Assembly (NCBI GenBank): GCA_964019335.1 | Contig: OZ025713.1 | Span: forward strand, 310,001 to 374,000 | Origin: Diplonema japonicum | Lineage: Eukaryota; Protista; Euglenozoa: Diplonemea | Direction of reading: 5' to 3' | DNA: 64,000 nucleotides | Shown here: positions 31,511 to 43,100 of the stretch, in pieces | How the letters are laid out: every line of letters begins with the position of its first letter | Numbering within the stretch: position 1 is the stretch's first letter | Program-made: the position numbers and the translations under genes | Notes under the pieces: model-generated | Database searches by the model: none | The model's input: the letters and a program-made list of their open reading frames with translations, nothing else | Told to the model about the DNA's origin: nothing

Positions 31511-32400
31511 CTGTAAAACGAATAATGTCGGACGGAAAAACTCTCGGACAGAAAAACTCCCGGACACCAAAAAAACCCGGACATTTTTCCGTCCGGGAGT
31601 TTTTCTGGGGTAACAGCTCCCACCACGTTTGCCTGGAAGGGCTTTATTCCTTGTGCAGAGCCAAAATGTTTACCCTGCGTGGCAGTTTGAATTTTTCTTC
31701 CCCTTTCAATGCACCAACAAACAGCACCCACGGGATCTTTAACTTCTACTTCTTTCGTTAAATTAACCAGTTCGACTACCCAAGGCACGTTGAGCAGCTG
31801 GCTTGTGAGGGGCCCAACTTTGGTGCTGACACCCCCGGCCAGCTCACCCCCGAGAGGTGGAGATAAACTCCTTACACCGGGCCGAGAAGGCCAGTACAAA
31901 CCCCCGAAAGCAGCTTGGCGGCCTCTGCCTCGGTCAGAAGACGGCAGCAACAGGTTCAACAGAGCCCCCAGTTTCTTCCAGACGGAAATACTGGACGTTG
32001 CTATTCACCCTACCACACCCTGGCCGCCGCGACGCCGTGATAGCAGCGTATCGCCCAATACGGGATTTAGCATCCTTCGGGGGCTGAAAGGTTTTTGCTT
32101 GAGTCGATAGGTAAAACGGGCTTGGCGAGCTTATCCCAGCACAACAAATATGCACCTATGCAGAAGGGCTGCTGTGCGCCAATCCAGCCCGAAAGACAAA
32201 CCTGGCAGACTTTGGTGGAGCACTGTCCTTTTCCACTGACTAGGCTGACAAAACTGACAGACAAAAGCCGCAAGCCACCTCCGGAAAGCCCGGAAACGAG
32301 AAGGACAACGAGAAGGCACGCTGTTTCACCATGGAATTCAGGTCCATAATCGACACCCATAAAGTAAGGCCGGAATTGGTCTGGAATACAGGGTTAAAAC
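31511..32400 (+). mobile_element. Truncated pogo-like DNA transposon remnant
   Basis: TA|CTGTAAAACG... end shared with 16576. Degenerate frame ...FTMEFRSIIDTHKVRPELVWNT resembles the segment before the first catalytic Asp of pogo transposases. Confidence 0.55.
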
Positions 32401-32457
32401 TAAAACGAAAAGGGGTGCTAAGGTCGTAAAAGTCCGTGGCTTGGGGGACAAAACGGG

Positions 32458-33096
32458 CTATAACCATCGCAGCTTTCCCATCCATTCCAGTAGTGGTTCC
32501 CCGAATTGCTCCAGCAGTCCCACCACTGTCCCCAGCTGTGCTGTCGTCGGTACCAGGGTCACTTTGCCTGTCACTTCCCGCTCCCATGGTAGCTTCTTGT
32601 TGCCGCCTTCTGCCTGCATCAGCCCTTCGTCCCGCTTTTCTACCACCATTGCCAGGTATCGCTGCAGCTTCTCTAGGTGTTCGAACCCGTTCCCCCTTGG
32701 TAGGATGGCATGCAGCTCGAGGCAGAGCGGCCATCCCGTCCTGTCGCGCAGTGGTTCCATCTCCTCCCGTATCAGCTCCTCTCGTGCTGGCGGGCACTCG
32801 TACAGCTGGTGGCGTAGCAGTGTTACTGTGTCCGCATGCTTGGTCGGGCAGAGGTCACATTCAAATCCCGACTCGTCTTGTCCTTCATGCGCCGCTGGCT
32901 CGTCTTGATCTTCCTCTTCTTCGCTCCGTCCCTCGGACTCGCCGTCCTCATTCGTGGGGGGTACACACTTTGGTCCTGCTTTGGCATACGGACTTAGGTA
33001 GGGGATCCCTCCCGCAATTACCCTCTTGATACAGAAAGCTAGATGGCGATCTTTAGCTGTCCTCCAGAGGTCATTCGTTTTGGGATCTGCTCCTTC

Positions 33097-33098
<2 letters not shown>
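32458..33098 (-). mobile_element. C-terminal fragment of a non-LTR retrotransposon polyprotein
   Basis: CDLC-x12-H-x4-CP zinc knuckle followed by WPLC...ILP; no ATG start; abuts a homopolymer tract. Confidence 0.6.
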
Positions 33099-33129
<31 letters not shown>

Positions 33130-33291
33130 ATTCTGTTAACTGAATCGTCCAATACTTCCTATAAAAAAAAAAGAGTAGGTGAAAACGGCTCGCACAATCA
33201 AATTTTCTCCCTCTCATGATCCGGTGTCAATTCTTGTTGAGATCTGAGAAGATAACGGACTGTGGGGGGTTAAGGGGGAAAAACAACTTTC

Positions 33292-35673
33292 TCATACCGA
33301 CCCGGCACTGGGCCGGGAATTTGAAGGATCACTGGACTTGACTATAGGCTGCCGCCAACTTGCCGAACTGGATGTCGCACATGGCCTGTAGTTCCCATAG
33401 GCACGATCCATCTTGGCGTTGTGCTGCACAATCGACTGGTCCATGGTGTACTTACGGTTTCGCTTTTTTTTTTTTTTTTTTTTTTTTTGCCCTCCCCCCC
33501 AAAAAAAAATTAATACCAGTGTTTTCATTGCGATGGTATTGTCCATTTGACCCGAGTCACGGCCGTTGATCACCTGATCGGTCACCGACTGTGTGTCGAA
33601 ATCCGTGCTTTTCTTCCTGGCCAGCGGGTTTGTGCTGGACTTAAAATTGTGAAACCTCCCCACATTGAACACAGAACCCGTTGTATTGCTTGTCATTGAA
33701 GTCATCGACGAGCTCTCAAAGGAGGGCAGCTCGCTGATAGTGTTGTCGGTTTCGCCGTTCTCGGTGACGGAGTTCCGGGCTGAGAGCCCCAAGCGTTCCT
33801 GCGCTGTGTGAAGAATGGTGTTCAAACATTTTTCGTACAACGGATTGTCCAAAACCTGCTTGAAAACGGTTCCCTTCAGCATGTACAACGTGGAATATGT
33901 GACAGCCCTGACAGAGGCATTTCGAACGCCCCCAAAGATCAACGAGACCTCTCCGAAAAATGCCCCGTCGTTCAAAACGCAAACCGTTGCCAGCATTCCT
34001 GACGGATCGAGAATCTCGACATTGAGCTCACCTTTAACAACAAAGTACAAATCATTACCCTCTGTTCCTTGCAAGACAACAACGGCACCAGGGAACACCA
34101 CCTCAAGCTCCAGCGAGGACACCAGTTCCATCACGAAATCCTCATTGTCAACATACTTGAAAAGCGGGATGTTTCGAATCAGATTATAATTCACCGCGAA
34201 TGTCAGGTCATCGAACAGTTCTTTCGGCAGATCGTCAAAGAGATCATCATTGAGCTGCTCCGACCTCGATACAGCGTGAAGATGCTTGAAATACGTCTTT
34301 ACTTCAGATTGAAAGGACGCAGGCAGCTGCATGTAACTCAAAAACCCTGTTACTTTGTCCATTTTATCACGGAAGACAGTCTCCTGTGTTGTTGCGGATT
34401 CAAGCCGGCTAGTTACTGCTGCTATGCATGTTGCGTATACGGCTAGCCCTGGGATCGAAACCACAACAGCATATAAAACATGCTCATCGACCCGCGGCCA
34501 CAAAGAATTGTACCCGCACGCCATCGTCATGGTGTACCAGAAACAATACAAGTATCGATGAAGCCCTCGCATCGTTCCGTTGGTGAAGTCCTGTCCGATG
34601 AGGGCGTAGACGTCCTTCGTGTCAACAAGATTTATTGACATAATGTGGAAGCCAGTCGCGAAAAGATGCAGAAATGTTACAACGAGAAAAACAGAACCGA
34701 GATATCTAGAGGCGTAGATTGACCAGTCGCTGAAAACGATTTGCGACTGGCTGTGCATCAACGCCGCCAGCAACATTTTGTTGAACCTCCACCATCCTGT
34801 ATACGTACCGGACTCGATGAAGAGCCCCACAAACTGCAACGGGGCGACAGCCACGAAGCTGAAACATTGTACACAATCCAACCGGGAGACAGAAAATTGT
34901 TTATTTGAAATGCCGAATTGGTTAGGGGTGATGGCTGACTGTATTAAGTACATTAGAAGTATCATATCTGAGAATGTGTCGAATATGATGAACCACCACG
35001 ACCAAGGAAGGAACCCTCCGCATCGCAGCGGGACGATGGCTACATTGTACAATGCGGCTAAGATGAGAACCGTGGCGATCTTCTTCTTGCGCTTCATCTG
35101 CACAAGGAGGTTCTCGTCGTACGCTTCTTGCTCCAGCGTCTTTACAATGAACTTTTCCCTCTTCAACATGGTAGCAGCTTGTACAACATCATCAGTCACC
35201 ACTGGGTCGACTACTCTGAGTGCGGTCGAACACATAGAAACCTTTCGGCTTGTTGTGAACTGGTTCATGCTTAACGATGTGAAATAACTCGCTCTGCTCG
35301 CAGAGACGCTCTCGGCAGCGCAGTACAGTGATCCATGGGTCTGTGGGTTCTTCGGCTTGCTACAGGCAACAACTGCCAAAGCGGCTACAATGCATGCTGT
35401 TTTGCTGTTGATACGTTCGATGTTTATCGACGTGCTGTGCAGGCGCTGCTGCTGGCCTGGGATCAGGGAGCGCTTTATGAAGATCTCCTTCTTGTGTACC
35501 TCTGCCCATGTGGAGAGCCCCGTTGTGAACTTGCAGATCCAATCGTTCAATTGCGCGAAGTCCCTCACGCCAGGGGGTGCATCATTAACTTCCAGCAGCA
35601 ACCGCAGCCTCGCCAGATCCGCCAACAGTTCTACTTTTGTCGGCAGCGTAGGGCATTTGATTTCATTTAACAT
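33292..35673 (-). CDS. Cyclic-nucleotide-gated/HCN-like ion channel (6TM, C-linker, cNMP domain); probable intron 33451-33516
   Basis: C-linker FLSYMQLPASFQSEVKTYF...DLPKELFDDL; cNMP domain GNDLYFVVKGEL...GAFFGEVSL...RNASVRA. Confidence 0.9.
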   Translation of the reverse strand: MLNEIKCPTLPTKVELLADLARLRLLLEVNDAPPGVRDFAQLNDWICKFTTGLSTWAEVHKKEIFIKRSLIPGQQQRLHSTSINIERINSKTACIVAALAVVACSKPKNPQTHGSLYCAAESVSASRASYFTSLSMNQFTTSRKVSMCSTALRVVDPVVTDDVVQAATMLKREKFIVKTLEQEAYDENLLVQMKRKKKIATVLILAALYNVAIVPLRCGGFLPWSWWFIIFDTFSDMILLMYLIQSAITPNQFGISNKQFSVSRLDCVQCFSFVAVAPLQFVGLFIESGTYTGWWRFNKMLLAALMHSQSQIVFSDWSIYASRYLGSVFLVVTFLHLFATGFHIMSINLVDTKDVYALIGQDFTNGTMRGLHRYLYCFWYTMTMACGYNSLWPRVDEHVLYAVVVSIPGLAVYATCIAAVTSRLESATTQETVFRDKMDKVTGFLSYMQLPASFQSEVKTYFKHLHAVSRSEQLNDDLFDDLPKELFDDLTFAVNYNLIRNIPLFKYVDNEDFVMELVSSLELEVVFPGAVVVLQGTEGNDLYFVVKGELNVEILDPSGMLATVCVLNDGAFFGEVSLIFGGVRNASVRAVTYSTLYMLKGTVFKQVLDNPLYEKCLNTILHTAQERLGLSARNSVTENGETDNTISELPSFESSSMTSMTSNTTGSVFNVGRFHNFKSSTNPLARKKSTDFDTQSVTDQVINGRDSGQMDNTIAMKTLVLIFFWGGGQKKKKKKKKRNRKYTMDQSIVQHNAKMDRAYGNYRPCATSSSASWRQPIVKSSDPSNSRPSAGSV
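33451..33516 (-). other. Predicted 66-nt GT-AG intron, T-rich 5' end and poly(A) 3' end
   Basis: CTG|GTATTAATTTTTTTTT-G(n)-A(~25)GCGAAACCGTAAG|TAC; removal deletes the low-complexity VLIFFWGGGQK8RNRK. Confidence 0.65.
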
Positions 35674-35806
35674 CAAGTAAGCCAGCCTCGTGTGGCCGGC
35701 ATCTGTAAAAAGTGAAAGTTGTGGAGGGGGAGCAAGAAAAAGCTACAACGAGAGGAGGGGATGGATATTTTCACACTTTCTTTTTTACCGGTATTGTATT
35801 TTCTAT

Positions 35807-37765
35807 TCACTTCACCCTGTTGTCGATGATGTCGGTAAAACGGCCCTCGAGCATATCCCTCCACACGATGTGTTTCCGTCCAAGAAACTCAGCGGGTGTA
35901 GAGGTTAAACGGTAGCTCCCAGGATATTCTGATGAGGCAAGGCCGAGGGGTTCAAGCTTGGCGAAAGCGTCTGCTGCGTCTAAAGAGGACTCAACACCAA
36001 GCGAAGAGAGAAAATCTTCAGCATGTAGCACTGCCGTCTCCACAGGGAGATGGCGTATGGTGGAGGAGAGGAGAGTGTGGTAGGCCAACAAGATTTCCTT
36101 GATTTCCTGTTCCACGGCATGGTTCGCAAGCTGGTGAATGGCAATGTCGCCGGTACAACTACGGTGGGCAGACTTCCAGTCCGAGTGCAGACCGTGCAAT
36201 GTGACGCTGATGATGGACAACGCCAGAAAGAGGGATAACAGCTTTGCAAGGCACGCTCCGATAAAACTGAACACAAACCAATAAGAGCCTTCCGCGTGGT
36301 CCTCGAACATTGCACTGTGCACGCCGATGGCCATGAAACACAGAATCGGCACCAACCCTGACAGGAACGACATAACGTCCACTGTTGCCATCGAAATCCC
36401 GTTGTTGGGCAGCACCAGCGCCAGGTTGCTCTCCTCCACATCTCGGTAGCATTCCGTCCGCAAACCCTCCTTCTCAGGCCACGCCACCAACACATCTTGA
36501 TAAGTAGCCTCGTTGCCAGGCTGCCATATCGAACCCTTTACAAGGTGCGACCCGAATGTTATAGGGCACCATTCTTTTTTAGCTGTCGACCTGCCTCTTA
36601 CCATGACAATGGTTTTTTCGTGAAACCTCGGCCGGGTTTCGACATCGGGCACGTTCCACTGGTACCGGTTCTCCTTGAAGTGGTCGCGGAGGGCCGCGGA
36701 CGGAGGGAGGTCGATTTTAGGAAGCAACCGCTTGCGGGTTTTTGAGGAACGGGAGCAGACACCCTTGTCCCATTGTTCCTCCGTCAATGGGGTGTATTGT
36801 GCGGCGGCGGAGAGCTTGCATAATGCGGGGATTTGCGCCTCGAGAGGAGCGGCCAGCATTGCGTCACTCGTCACAGCACGGTAGGACGCGTTGACGATGG
36901 ACCCGATGGCGGAACAGAAACTCTGCCATGTGGCTGGGGTAGTGTGAGATTGTGCCGTGACAGCGTCGACCAACGCCAGGCGAGATATTGGTAAGTCTGT
37001 TCTTTTTTTTCTCTTCCGGGGTGGTTGTTCCTCCTCGTGCACAGCTTCCGTTGCCTCCCCGCCGTCCTTGCGCGTGTAAACAGTGCTCTTCATGTTCAAA
37101 ACCTTCTCAGTTGCAATGTCGTACTCTTTAACCCGAACCTCAAGCAGCACCCCACCCCTGCAAGCTCGGGTTTCCTGTTTCACCGTTTTTTTCGTTTTAT
37201 ACGTGATCTCGATGACCCCGTTGGGGATCTTTTGTGCGGTAACTTTGAAATTTTGTTCCTGGTGTTCCTTCCCGGTGAGGTTTATTTGAGTAGTTGTTTT
37301 TTTTGTTTCGTCAAATATCGTGTATTGTGCGTTGGTGTGGGTCACGGTGACACATTGCCCGGTTGGGGAAACCCATTTTCCGGAGTGGTTTTGCGTGAGG
37401 GATGCCGGTTGGAACGGTTTTGTCACCATGCAGAGAGGGGTCTCGTATAAGTCACCCTTGGTGAATTCGACGGTGGCTTTGTCGCCGTCTACCGAAATCA
37501 GCTGTGCTTTCTCGATGGTTTCTTCCCATCCCGTGCTCGTTTTATTTTCGACGCTGACGTGCACCTTGTCTCCTATGCATATTGTTTCGCTTAATTTTCT
37601 CACATTGGTACTGTTCGTTGTGTAGTTGTCGTTTCCTATTTTCACTGTAATCATCTGCCCGAGTGTTGCATCCATGACAACGCCCTCCTCGCTTGTTGCA
37701 ACCCACAACCCTTCCCTGCTCACTTCACTGTCCACCATTACCTTTTCCCCAATGGAAAAATACAT
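35807..37765 (-). CDS. DUF3754/TMEM143-like protein with N-terminal KOW/SH3-like repeats (652 aa)
   Basis: YQDVLVAW...YRDVEESNLALVLP, two TM helices, EQEIKEILLAY; two N-terminal IGxKV motifs. Confidence 0.7.
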   Translation of the reverse strand: MYFSIGEKVMVDSEVSREGLWVATSEEGVVMDATLGQMITVKIGNDNYTTNSTNVRKLSETICIGDKVHVSVENKTSTGWEETIEKAQLISVDGDKATVEFTKGDLYETPLCMVTKPFQPASLTQNHSGKWVSPTGQCVTVTHTNAQYTIFDETKKTTTQINLTGKEHQEQNFKVTAQKIPNGVIEITYKTKKTVKQETRACRGGVLLEVRVKEYDIATEKVLNMKSTVYTRKDGGEATEAVHEEEQPPRKRKKRTDLPISRLALVDAVTAQSHTTPATWQSFCSAIGSIVNASYRAVTSDAMLAAPLEAQIPALCKLSAAAQYTPLTEEQWDKGVCSRSSKTRKRLLPKIDLPPSAALRDHFKENRYQWNVPDVETRPRFHEKTIVMVRGRSTAKKEWCPITFGSHLVKGSIWQPGNEATYQDVLVAWPEKEGLRTECYRDVEESNLALVLPNNGISMATVDVMSFLSGLVPILCFMAIGVHSAMFEDHAEGSYWFVFSFIGACLAKLLSLFLALSIISVTLHGLHSDWKSAHRSCTGDIAIHQLANHAVEQEIKEILLAYHTLLSSTIRHLPVETAVLHAEDFLSSLGVESSLDAADAFAKLEPLGLASSEYPGSYRLTSTPAEFLGRKHIVWRDMLEGRFTDIIDNRVK

Positions 37766-38973
37766 TTTTTTTCTTTTTTTTTTTTTAATGTATACTTCAA
37801 GGAGGTATTTGGCAAAAGAAAAATTCACAATGTGTGTTGTGTTTTTTTTTTTTAATATTTAAAAGGAGGGGGGAACAAAAAAAAGGGGGGGGGGAGAAAA
37901 ACAATCTCTCAGGGAGGGATGGCCTTTTCTTTTTTTTTTTTTTCTGTTCCTCCGTTTCCTTTTTTTTTGGGGGGGTTGTCGGTGTATGAGGAGAAGAAGG
38001 AAGAGAAAAAGAGAAAGAGGAAGAGAGAGGAAGTTCTTGTGTTTGTCAGTAGAAGGTGAGAGGGGGTGGGAAAGGGAAAGAATACAAGAAGGGAGCAAAA
38101 GGAAATAGAGTGACTCGTGCAACGTAAGTTGCCCAATAAATCACTTTTGTGGAAGAAGAAAAAAAATAAGAAAAATAAAAAGCGACTTCTCCGAGGGAGA
38201 AGAAGTAAGGGGGAAGAGGGGGGAATAAATTTGAAGAAAAAGTTGAAAACCTCTTTCTTTCTTTTTTTTTTTTTTTTTCCCAGAGAAAAAAGAGCAAAAA
38301 AAGTGGTCAAAAAAGAAAGAATTGTAATCCATTTTTTTGGCCCTTTCGTTCCTTTCTTTTTTCCTGGGGGGGGGGGGGACAGAAAAATCACAGGGAAAGG
38401 ACATCATTTCCCAAAAATATTTCTTTCCAATATTCAAAAGATCAACTATTCCCGTTCTATTTTTTCCAATTTGTCCCAAGAAAATTAATTTTTTTTTTAA
38501 AAAACTGGCCCAATACTCTTTTACTGTGACAGGCCAGGCATCGTTAGTTGTGCGAACTAGAAGTGAGAACTAACCTTATTTCTTTTTTTGGGGGGGGTTT
38601 AAACAAAAAAGGAGTTCTGCCTTCAGAAGAAGCGAACGGGTGGGTGGGGACCACCGGGGCAAATAGCCCCGACGAGTAAATTTTCTTTTGAAACAACCGC
38701 ACGGAAAAAAAGGGGGGGGGGAGAGAAAACCAAAAGCAAAAAAAAAGGAGTTTTTGCTACTTGGGCATTGGTTTCCTTTCCCCGTTTTTTTATTTCGTTT
38801 TCAAATTGAAGGAGAGAGAGAAAGAGAGCAAGAGAAAGAGAGAGAGAGAAAAAAGAGAATCTCGGACTGGTTGTGCCTAGTGACCTGGTGAGAAATGTAA
38901 AGTAAAATGAATAAGGTCGGCTTTTTTTTTTTTTCTTTTTTTTTTTTTTTTTCCCAAGAAAAAATGGGGGGGA

Positions 38974-39009
<36 letters not shown>

Positions 39010-39101
39010 ATATTGCTAAAGTTTTCGTTCTTGATAATTACAAAAAAAAAAAAAAAAAAATAATAATAATAATAATAAAAAAAAAACCCCCCCTCTTACC
39101 C

Positions 39102-40105
39102 TTACAGCACCGTGAACAAAACAACAACAACACCCAACCCGACCCACATAGCAAACCCACCGGCCCTCATGCCCGAAGAATCCAAAGGCGTCGTGATCAC
39201 AACAATGGGTTCCTCAGGAGGTGGGGGCAAGGGTTCGGTAGTCGGCTGGTCGGTTGCAGGAGCAGATGTATTTGGTGCCGACGTGGGCTCCGCGGTGGGG
39301 GGAGCCAACGTAACCGGTGCGGTCGTCGGCGGGGCATATGTGGTCCCCTGCACAAGCGGCGCCCTAGTGGGTGTCGGAGTCAAAGCGACAACAGTCGTCA
39401 GAGAAGTGGGATCTGCGGTTTTAAAGATAGGATCCTTCTTCAAAATGGATGTCGGCGATGTCAAGTCGGCTGTAATCTGCTGTGTGATGGACTGCTCCAA
39501 CGCAGTGGTCTCAAGCATCGCTCCAGAATCGACAGCCACATCGAACTCAGCCATGACACTGACGTCGATGCCTGCTAAGGCCTCTGCAACACGTTCTGCA
39601 GCTGCACTGCTGTTGCCCATCATAGCAGAAGACCCGAACCCTTGACACGACCCACCGTCTGCTGCTGTCCCATCACGGTCGGCCTGCGTGATGCCCAAGC
39701 TCGACCTAGTGACTGGCAGCGCGCACATGAACTTCAGTGTTGTCCCTTGTACGTACTGCAGCCCGCCTAACGCAGAGTCCATCGATTTTTCAAAGTCCGC
39801 CTTCGAAGCAGTGGCGAGGTAGTCCGACAATATGTTTGCGATGCCAGCGGCATCCATTGCGCCGAGTGTGGTGAGCGACATGGTGGTCTGGATGGGCGCG
39901 GCGGGGGGTGGAGGGGGCGCCAAGGTCGACCCTGGAGGAGCCTTAATGATGAAGGGTTCCGTGTCCATCACCTTGCCGTCGCACAGCCCCAAGCACTTCA
40001 GCGTCACCACCATCTGCGAGCACGGCCCGTTGAAATACAGATTCGAGATGGTCGCCACACCGTTGACCATAGGGAACTGGGATGTCACGAGTAGGTTGAC
40101 AGACT

Positions 40106-40148
<43 letters not shown>

Positions 40149-43100
40149 CCCTGAAAAAAATAAAATAAAAATACCCCGTCTGGCTTAAGCGGTCCCAGGT
40201 ACGAACTCTCGCCAGCTGCGCTGCACACGGCTGTGACCACTACCTCTGATGTACTGTCGCTTGTTATCAGCTGTATGGTTGTTTGTTACGTTGAACAGGT
40301 TTTTTATTGGAAAAAAAGGGGGGGGGGGCATGTTGAGTTAATGAGGTACTATTTGCACCCCTCCAAAAAAAAAAAAGAAAAGCAAAAAGAGAACAAAAAA
40401 AAAAAAAAAAAAAACACACCCTGTTCGAGCTGTCTACGTTTCCAACCGTGAATTGCAGCATCCCTTCTAGTGGAAGCACGGCCATCGCTGCAGGAACGGG
40501 GCACCTGTTTTTTTTTTTTTTTTTTTTTTTTTTCGTCGTCCCCACTTCTTTGGAAAAAGGAAGAGAAACATACACATGGATCACCCCCGCAGGCAGCCCG
40601 CAGCCTGTGCCGAGGATGGTCAGGGCCGTCGGAGTCTGGAGCTCGATGCCCGCCGTGAAGACGTAATCGGCGTTTCCTGCAAAGGATGTTGTCGTGAACA
40701 GGAAGATATGAAGCCCCTGCGTAGTCGGGGTGGCAACCATGGGGAAATTACGCGTGCCGCTTGCTAGGTCGAAGGAGTCTGTCATTGTATCAGACAGCGT
40801 CCACGAGGGACCGCCACAGGTCGGCAGGTCTGCAAAGGTCAAAGCAGCATCGCACGACCCTGCTGTGGAGCACGTCTTCCCCATGAACCCCACCGTAGTG
40901 TCAACTGCCATACATGGCGCTTCGACAGGTCTGAACACGATGCTACTAGATGAGCCGACATCTTCCACATGGCTGACCACAGCCCCTGCACCATCAACCC
41001 CCTTCACGGACAGCTCCATTGACAGGCCTGTCACCCATGTACTGCCCATCGACACATCAACAGACGCTTCCCCTGCTGACGTCACGATGGCCACCTGCAA
41101 CGCCACCGCAGTGCTCATAAAGTACAAGGGGCCAATATCCGACAGCACTCCCAGGCTGATGACGGTACCGTTGGTTTGGATGTACGACGCTTCTGCGCTG
41201 AACATCCATGGCGTGTGCGTGCATGGCAGTGCTGTGCACCCTGCGTCTCGAGTGGTAGGCATTTTGATGTTGAATGCCGCGATCCCACCTGATGCGACCA
41301 CCACGAATTTCGCGGTCTCGCCACCTCGTGTTCCTATGACTGTGACGTTTGTTGTATAATCGCCTGCACAGGCATCCCCTACTGTAGTGTAGGTGGCAAA
41401 TTGTAGTCCGGCCCCGATGCCCACTATAGCAGCAGGGTTGCCTTCGGATGTCACAACAGAGAGACCCGAGAAGTTCGCAGGTGTGTCCTGAGTAGATGGT
41501 GACATGCTCAGCGCGAACGATGCAACTGCCGTCACGGTGACTGAGAGGTCGCGGGTGGCGCTGGCGTTTCCGCCTGCTGAGGTCGGCAGACCCAAAACAG
41601 ACTTCGCGAACAACACGCAAGTCCCCTCTGAAGGGAAGTAGCCCGACAAGAATATTTGGTCTGTGTTGCTCACACTCACAGTGCACGTTCCGTCGCCCAA
41701 CGACTGCGAGCAGACGAAGCACCCCGCAGGGCTCATCGCTGTTGGGTCCACATTCACTAACGACGTGGTCCACGTCAGCCCGCCCAGTCCAGTGTACACA
41801 CCATTGGCATTAAGCGCTGCCAGTTTGATGTCCACCACCTGGTCGACGACGGACTCAGATAAGGCCAACCCTGCTTGTGGGACGGCAAGAGAGCCTCCCG
41901 TGATCCAGTCCCAAGAAGTCAGAGCCAGACCAAGGTAGCTAAGAGTAAACTCCTGAGGCGGGGCATTAGGCAAGAACGGCAATTTCGTCGTAATGAGGCA
42001 GTTGCACATCACGTTGAACCCGCCCGACACCATGTCCACGTCTACAGTGCCCACACCTTCTGTAATGGGTACAGTAGCGGGAACTGTTATTGCGCAGGTA
42101 GCTGGCGCGCAGTTGTAGGTGATGGCTGCACTGCCGACGTCAAAGGACGACAGGTGGTACGCGTCACTGGTCACCAATGGCTCCTTCCCGACAGAGAAGA
42201 CACGGAACTGGCACTTGTCTCCCTGTGTCAGCGTCCCACCGCAGTTGTTCGACGTAGTGTCTTCAACTGCCACGTGTGTCGGAGCGACTGACAATCCTAC
42301 TTGCGGGGGGTCGAAAGTGCCGTAGCCTTGCGTAGGCAGTCCCGCGGAAGAACTGATTGCAACAGGGTACCGGACACCTGAGGCGGCTGAGAGCTGGATT
42401 GCAATAGTGCCTGTTTGGGTTTCTTCGTTGTAAAGCATTCCCTGCGGGATGCCGTCGAGAATCTTGCTCCCGTTAGTGAGCCTGGCATCGGGAATACCCT
42501 CCGTGAGCGACGCAATGGGCAAGGTAGTGGTCGAGAGAGGGACGTACGCCGCAGTGGCACGTGTCGCGAGACCGATGGTTATCGGGGAAACGATGCTTTT
42601 TGCGTAACGTGGCCTAAATGGCGGAATAGAGGGACCAGCGAAAGAGTATGCCCTGTCGCCAAGGTCGTCAGCTGCGTAAACTTTGAACTGCCACGTCCCT
42701 ACGTCGGAGCTGTTGTCGAAAAGTACTGTCGTCACCGACGAGAGGGGTGTCACGATGAACCTTGTCGCGTCGGACAGCACAGTGAAGTCGTGTGTCATCA
42801 GTGCGTAGGCCACTCTGCACTTGTAGCAAGCTCTGTTCATTGCCAACCTCACTGTCGCGCTACCCTCATGCGGCGTGGTGCTGAGACCGTCGACGTTAGA
42901 CCCTGACGGCGGCGACATCCCTATCAGTGGCCCGCCTTTGCCGTTTCCTGAGCTCGACGTCTGTAGAGTCGCCGACACAGAAGTTCCCCCTTCCAAAGAA
43001 GGGAAGTTGTTGTTGTCCACACGAATAACAGTGAGCGCAAACTCCTTGCGCCTTCTCACAGCAACAGGTGGAACTCCCCCAAACATCCACTTCACACCAC

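Noticed and set aside
35674-35815. Possible intron fusing the DUF3754 gene to the channel gene via the AG at 35703
   Set aside because: No convincing donor in the required phase; the pyrimidine-rich acceptor fits trans-splicing.
37859-39100. Many short ORFs rich in K/F/P/G
   Set aside because: Products of intergenic homopolymer tracts; the same applies to 600-1233, 24450-25050 and 59700-60480.
40151-40174. Alternative 24-nt intron ending at the internal TTTTTTTCAG
   Set aside because: Very short, would leave a long poly(A) in the exon, and does not restore the frame as assembled.
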